NCBI GenBank assembly: GCA_963770895.1
Contig: CAVYRF010000002.1
Location: 5,760,001 to 5,824,000, forward strand
DNA from: an uncultured Acidobacteriota bacterium
Lineage (GTDB): Bacteria; Acidobacteriota; Thermoanaerobaculia; Multivoradales; UBA5704
Reading direction: 5' to 3'
Length of the DNA stretch: 64,000 nt
Positions 58,490 through 64,000 of this stretch are shown one piece after another. Position 1 is the stretch's first letter. Each line of letters starts with the position of its first letter. Position numbers and translations under genes: made by a program. A model generated the notes under the pieces. That model saw only the letters and a list, made by a program, of their open reading frames with translations, made no database searches and was not told the DNA's origin.

Positions 58490-61158
58490 TCATGCGGTGG
58501 CAAAGAAGCGAGTCCGCCATGATCGCCGCCCTGGGAACGCCCTCAAGGCCAGCGCGCGCTACGCGCCTGGGAGGGAGTGTCTGGTGCCGATCTCCCAGGG
58601 TGGCGGCGCCGGCGACGGCTGCCCTCCCGTCCCCCACCGCCCACCCAACGCACGCATGGGCTATGGAAGGCGCCGGGTCGGCGGAAACCGCGGACCCAAC
58701 GGGGGCCGCCCGTGTCGCTACGCTCCACGGCCCCCACCCACCGCGGCCCCCGGTCCGCCGTTCCCGCCGCCCCTTGGAAACCGGCTCCCGGCCCCCCGCG
58801 CACCCGCCCTTCACCCACCCACCCTCGCCGCTTTCCACCCCTTCCACAGCCCCGGCGACGAGGTACGCATACCTGAGTTTTAGAAGCAAAAGCAACAGCA
58901 CTCAGCAGGCAACGGTAAACCCGAGACCTGTCCCTGCGGGACAGGTCCACTAACCGAGGAGGGGGGGAAAATTAACGTCGCGCTGGGGGGGAAATTTGGC
59001 GTCGTCTTGACAAGGGTGTTGTCAAAGAGCTTCAGGGTGCCGACGGTGGCGGCCTGGGCGAGCGGGCCGGGGTTTACAGCCTCGGAGAGCTCGACCCAAA
59101 CGGCGTTGCCGACGACCCTCACCTGCTCAACCGCAGGCGGAGTGGAGTTTACCAGGATCGTCTGGGTGCCGTAGGGGGTGTAGTCGTAGCGCTCGATGGG
59201 CAGACCGGTCGGACCGGTGAGCAGGACCAGATTGCCGGTGGAGTCGTAGAGGGGCCAGGACTTGGTGGCGACGGTGCCGGTGCCGTCCAGGTCGGACTCC
59301 AGGTAGACGATGTCGTCGAGGCTGTCGCCGTAGGTGCGGCGCTGCAGGAGACGGCTGCCGTCGTAGTCCTCGATGGGGTGCCAGCCCTGCCAGGTGGTGG
59401 TCTTGACGTCTCCTGCCACGGTCTTGGCAATGCGGCGGTTCCAGGCGTCGTAGTCGTAGTGGGCGATGGGGTTGTTGCTGCCGTCGGCGACGTCGGTCAG
59501 CCGGTTGCGGAAGTCGTAGGAATAGTGAACGTTGCCCTTCTGGATCAGGTTGCCGTTGCGGTCCCAGACCAGTGCTACCCCGCTGACGGAGCCCGGCCGG
59601 TTGCGGCCCGAGCCGTCGAGCGGCAGCGGGGTCGTGGCGGGCACTCCGGCGTGGGTGGCGGTGCGGGCCAGGAGGTTCTGCGCCGCGTCGTAGGTGTAGC
59701 CGAAGGCGTCGGGCAGGCCGGCCAGGGTGGCCGGTGCGACGGCGGTGTTGTTGGGCACCAGGGTCAGCGGCGCCGGCGATTTGGCGGCCTGGATGAGGCG
59801 CTCGGCGGGGTCGTAGGCGAAGGCCAGGCCCTGGCCGCCCAGGTCCTGCCGCGCTTGCGCGGAGCGCAGGTTGCGCGGGCTCCAGGCCAGGCTCTCTCGC
59901 ATGACGGTCTGCGGCGTGCCGGTCTGGGTGCCGATTTGCAGCCAGTCGTCGACCATGCGGTCGGCGGCGTCGAACTGGCGCAGGCCGGTGACGCCGTTGG
60001 CGAGGGCGCGGGCGGCCTGCAGGTCGGGGCCGCGGAAGCCGAAGGTGGCGAGCGGCGTGGACGAGGTCGGGCCGACGGACTGCAAGCGGTCCAGAGGATC
60101 GAAGGCGCGCACCAGGTTGTAGCCCGACGGATAGCCGATCGCGGTTTCGTTGCCGGCGTCGTCGTAGGTGTAGTTGACGAACTTGCCGCCCAGCGATTCG
60201 CTGGTGCGCCGCGACAGGGAGTCGAACGTCAGGTCGGTCGTCTGGTTGCCGGACTGCGCGTGGGTGAGCCGCCCCATGCCGTCGTAGACGTAGGACTCGG
60301 AGAGCGCTCCGCCCTGCCGCGAGGTCATCCGGTTGAGCGAATCGAAGACCTGCTGGATCAACGTGCCGTTGGGATCGGTGATCTGGGTGGCGTTGCCGTT
60401 GGCGTCGTAGGCGGTCTGCTCGGTGGTGTGGTCCGGCCAGGTGACCAGGACCAGGCGGTTGAGGGCGTCGTAGGCGTAGGTGGTGGCATTGCCCAGGGCA
60501 TCGGTGTAGGCGGTGAGGCGCGAGCTGGCGTCGTAGGTGGAGTCCACCTCGATGCCCAGCGGCTGGACCCGCTTGATCAGACGATTGAGCCCGTCCCAGG
60601 TCTGGGTGGTCAGGTTCTGTTCGGCATCGACGCTCAGCGCCAACTGGTTGCGGGCATCGTAGGTGAACGCCTCGGTGTTGCCCAGGCCGTCGGTGCGGGT
60701 GGCCTGCCGGTTGAGGGCGTCGAAGGTGGCGGTCGCGGTGACGGTGACCGATCCGCCGGTGCCCGGCGCGCCGACGCCTTCGTACTGCTCGATCGTGCCC
60801 GTGGTGACGGGGTTGCCCGCGGCGTCGAGGTCGTGCTGCACGACGTTGCCGGCGGGGTCGGTGGTGGCGGTGCGCCGCTCGGCGGCGTCGTATTGGAACT
60901 GCGTGGTGCGATGCAGCGGATCGATCACCGCCACCAGGTTGGACGCCGGGTCGTACTGGTAGGACGTCGTCAGGTCGCGCGCGCTGCCCGGCAGCCCGGA
61001 ACCGTTGGTCTGGGTGCCGATTTGCAGCCAGTCGTCGACCATGCGGTCGCCGGCGTCGAACTGGCGCAGGCCGGTGACGCCGTTAGCGAGGGCGCGGGCG
61101 GCCTGCAGGTCGGGGCCGCGGAAGCCGAAGGTGGCGAGGGGCGTGGACTCGGATTAAC

Positions 61159-61548
61159 TCAAAGTCCATCCGTGGCAACGCCCGTAAATCTGTCCCACTC
61201 ACGGCAATATGTTCTGCTTGCTTCACCGAGCATCGGAGCTATGCGACGAAAATCAAGTTGTCCCGCAGAGGCTTGCGCCAGCAATGACTCCAAAAAACCA
61301 GTGGCAATGGCAGCTTGTGTTTCTTCATCGGACATAACCAAAAAGTTCTCGACAAGATCGAAGATCGCACGCATTTCTCCATCGGAGATGTCGGTTGCAT
61401 TTTGCGCCAATGCTTGCGCAATCACTCCCATTGCGAAGGTGACAGGAGGCTTATCCGGCATCCAGTCACTTTCCAAGTCCCGTATAGACCTGCTAGTGGC
61501 ATTTGTCAACTTGGCCAACTGGCGCACGCTTTCATATGTCGATGGCAT
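61159..61548 (-). CDS. Immunity protein of cassette A (helical, CdiI-like)
   Basis: Immediately after the toxin stop, low GC, F..VE..L......AIATGFLE.L pattern. Confidence 0.7.
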   Translation of the reverse strand: MPSTYESVRQLAKLTNATSRSIRDLESDWMPDKPPVTFAMGVIAQALAQNATDISDGEMRAIFDLVENFLVMSDEETQAAIATGFLESLLAQASAGQLDFRRIAPMLGEASRTYCREWDRFTGVATDGL

Positions 61549-61554
61549 GGATTT

Positions 61555-64000
61555 CTATTTTCCAGATAGAGCATTCCCGAGATCCTTAACAACATTCTCC
61601 GCCGCCGCTCGATCCCCGGGAGACGCTGTCGGATTATTCCTGAGCCACCTATTCAGCGCCGCGATGTAATCCTGAGCCTTCTGTGTATGGAACTTGCCAC
61701 CGACACTCATTTCCGTGCTCTGCTCCTCTCGAACGGCTGCAGCCGTGCTACCACTTCCCACACTTGCACCCGGCCGGTAGAGGTCGTTCATGATCTGATT
61801 TAGCTTCGGATCTCGCACCGCCGGGCGACTCATCTGAGCCCGTAAGGAGTCCTTGTAGGCTTCAAATGAAGCGCGATTCGAGGCGCCATTCTCTGGCTCT
61901 TCGACCACCAGCTCCGTATTCGTCGCGCCAGAAGGCCCACCGGCAAAGGCGGGAGTAGGAGGCAATGCACCGGCCAGCAACCCCGTCGCGACCATTGGTG
62001 CACCAACTGTCCAAGCTAAGACTCGCTCGCCTTCGGCGTTCCCCTTCGCGATCTCCTCAGGCGTCGGTTGCGGTCTAAAGGTCGTTACAGTGTGCGCATC
62101 AGTCCATGACTTGGGTCCGGTCTCCTCGCGAATCAGTTGTCCCGGCGCTGCGGCCCAAATCGCCTGCACATAGCTCATCCGCCGGTTCCGAAGATCGTCA
62201 AACTTGGTTCTATATTCATCGTCCGAAACTTTGATGCCCTGGTAGGTCCCCGACTTGTTGTATTCGACTGTAAGATCATTCTGCGACTTCGTGATGCTGC
62301 GAACATACGCCTTGTCATCCTCATCCAAATCACGGAGCCCCATTGGGTCGCTGCCGTTCGTCGGGTCGTCCACCTCGAAGGCATACGTCGATGGTCCGTC
62401 CGTGTAGCCCTTGGGATCTGCGGTGATGAACCGCCCCAGCTGCGGGTCGTAGTAGCGGTTGCGGAAGTAGATGAGGCCGGTTTCGGGGTCTAGGTTGCGG
62501 CCTTGGTAGCCGAAGAGATTGCCTAGGGCGGAGCCGGTGGCGAGCTGGGGGTTGGGGGCGGTGTAGACGACGAGGCTGTCTTGCGCTGTGACGGTGGTGA
62601 AGGTCTGGCTGAAGGGCGCGGCCAGAGGCTGGTTGCCTGCATCGGTCAGGGTGGTGGCGATCGTCAGGGTGTGCGCGCCGGCGGCAACTGGAGTGGCTGC
62701 TTGGAGCGTGTAGTGGTCGGCGGCTAGGCTCCAGGTCAGGCCGGCGCCGTCCAGCTGCATCGCTGCCGTCGCTGCGGCCAGGTTGGGCTCGGCGGAAAAC
62801 TCGACCGAAAGCATCCCCTGCTGCAGGGTGACGCGCTGCACGGTGGGGGCTGCCAGGTCGGCGACGACGGCGTCCGAGGATGGCCAGGTAAAGGTCAGGG
62901 TGTAGTCGTGGGCGGGCTGGTTGAGGAAGCTGTCGACCAGGGCGCCGGCCGGGATGGTCAGGGTGACCTGGTCGCCGGGTTGGAAGCCTCCGGGGGGCTG
63001 GCCTACCAGTACCAGGCGCCTTTGGGCCAGGTCTCCCGTGGTTACGGGCTGGGTGACGGTGAGTGCCCCAAAGGCGGCGGGGAGGGTGTTGTCAAAGAGC
63101 TTCAGGGTGCCGACGGTGGCGGCCTGGGCGAGCGGACCGGGGTTTACGGCCTCGGAGAGCTCGACCCAGAGGGCGTTGCCGACGACCCTCACCTGCTCAA
63201 CCGCAGGCGGAGTGGAGTTTACCAGGATCGTCTGGGTGCCGTAGGGGGTGTAGTCGTAGCGCTCGATGGGTAGACCGGTCGGACCGGTCAGCAGGACCAG
63301 ATTGCCGGTGGAGTCGTAGAGGGGCCAGGACTTGGTGGCGACGGTGCCGGTGCCGTCCAGGTCGGACTCCAGGTAGACGATGTCGTCGAGGCTGTCGCCG
63401 TAGGTGCGGCGCTGCAGCAGGCGGCTGCCGTCGTAGTCCTCGATGGGGTGCCAGCCCTGCCAGGTGGTGGTCTTGACGTCTCCTGCCACGGTCTTGGCGA
63501 TGCGGCGGTTCCAGGCGTCGTAGTCGTAGTGGGCGATGGGGTTGTTGCTGCCGTCGGCGACGTCGGTGAGGCGGTTGCGGAAGTCGTAGGAATAGTGAAC
63601 GTTGCCCTTCTGGATCAGGTTGCCGTTGCGGTCCCAGACCAGCGCTACCCCGCTGACGGAGCCCGGCCGGTTGCGGCCCGAGCCGTCGAGGGGCAGCGCG
63701 GTCGTGGCAAGCACTCCGGCGTGGGTGGCGGTGCGGGCCAGCAGGTTCTGCGCTACGTCGTAGGTGTAGCCGAAGGCGTCCGGCAGGCCGGCCAGGGCGG
63801 GCGGCGCGACGGCGGTGTTGTTGGGCGCCAGGGTCAGCGGCGCCGGCGATTTGGCGGCCTGGATGAGGCGCTCGGCGGGGTCGTAGGCGAAGGCCAGGCC
63901 CTGGCCGCCCAGGTCCTGGCGCGCTTGCGCCGAGCGCAGGTTGCGCGGGCTCCAGGCCAGGCTCTCGCGCATGACGGTCTGCGGCGTGCCGGTCTGGGTG
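61555..64000 (-). CDS. Rhs protein A (5' end outside window) with Ig insert and Ntox28-like (CdiA-EC536-type tRNase) C-terminal toxin
   Basis: YD repeats, PTNGSDPMG; the CT segment KLNQIMNDLYRPGASVGSGSTAAAVREE...GGKFHTQKAQD...DLGNAL matches the Ntox28 pattern as recalled. Confidence 0.85.
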   Translation of the reverse strand, partial: TQTGTPQTVMRESLAWSPRNLRSAQARQDLGGQGLAFAYDPAERLIQAAKSPAPLTLAPNNTAVAPPALAGLPDAFGYTYDVAQNLLARTATHAGVLATTALPLDGSGRNRPGSVSGVALVWDRNGNLIQKGNVHYSYDFRNRLTDVADGSNNPIAHYDYDAWNRRIAKTVAGDVKTTTWQGWHPIEDYDGSRLLQRRTYGDSLDDIVYLESDLDGTGTVATKSWPLYDSTGNLVLLTGPTGLPIERYDYTPYGTQTILVNSTPPAVEQVRVVGNALWVELSEAVNPGPLAQAATVGTLKLFDNTLPAAFGALTVTQPVTTGDLAQRRLVLVGQPPGGFQPGDQVTLTIPAGALVDSFLNQPAHDYTLTFTWPSSDAVVADLAAPTVQRVTLQQGMLSVEFSAEPNLAAATAAMQLDGAGLTWSLAADHYTLQAATPVAAGAHTLTIATTLTDAGNQPLAAPFSQTFTTVTAQDSLVVYTAPNPQLATGSALGNLFGYQGRNLDPETGLIYFRNRYYDPQLGRFITADPKGYTDGPSTYAFEVDDPTNGSDPMGLRDLDEDDKAYVRSITKSQNDLTVEYNKSGTYQGIKVSDDEYRTKFDDLRNRRMSYVQAIWAAAPGQLIREETGPKSWTDAHTVTTFRPQPTPEEIAKGNAEGERVLAWTVGAPMVATGLLAGALPPTPAFAGGPSGATNTELVVEEPENGASNRASFEAYKDSLRAQMSRPAVRDPKLNQIMNDLYRPGASVGSGSTAAAVREEQSTEMSVGGKFHTQKAQDYIAALNRWLRNNPTASPGDRAAAENVVKDLGNALSGK

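Larger units (their letters stand above)
56229..59012 (+). mobile_element. IS21-family element (complete)
   Basis: TGTCA...TGACA ends with internal AAATT(C/T)CCCCC repeats; 5-bp TSD AGGGT at 56224-56228 and 59013-59017. Confidence 0.93.
54843..61148 (-). pseudogene. Orphan Rhs cassette B (core + Ig insert + putative metallopeptidase toxin HEEQGH), interrupted by IS21
   Basis: YD repeats in 59013-61148 and 55480-56228; PANDSDPMG cleavage motif; removing the IS restores the sequence seen in the other two copies. Confidence 0.87.

Noticed and set aside
58490-58960. ORFs and GC-rich hairpins after istB
   Set aside because: They lie inside the IS21 right-end region; no recognisable product.

Overview
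High-GC bacterial window. An ADOP-type duplicated permease suggests Acidobacteriota (inference). Bases 1-17 kb are mostly housekeeping or metabolic: hslO fragment, larC, radC, cobB, a CVNH-repeat lectin, VOC/PadR, speB, a TatT/DctP/DctQM TRAP system, an oxidoreductase, SDR, thiolase and serine hydrolase. A lower-GC DUF4041/GIY-YIG gene (PD-Lambda-1/SNIPE-like defence nuclease) is inserted in this stretch. Bases 17-40 kb hold a zinc-ribbon/M48/double-CHAT protease operon split by nested ISAzo13::IS256, a DUF2235 hydrolase, a hidden AhpD-like selenoprotein (CxxU plus SECIS hairpin), a SNF2 helicase, the ADOP permease and an unusual radical-SAM/methyltransferase/GH99-like glycan locus. Bases 40.5-64 kb are an IS-riddled array of Rhs toxin-immunity cassettes: three different C-terminal toxins plus a decayed PIN-like fourth. 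Each Rhs core carries an unusual Ig-like insertion. Embedded in the array is a module with an intact tyrosine recombinase, a 5'-truncated primase/P-loop ATPase and an XRE regulator. Beside it lie two palindromic dif-like sites, and matching 9-bp half-sites bound one cassette. This recombinase-linked Rhs cassette array is the best candidate for an undescribed system. All family assignments come from motif recognition; no searches were run.
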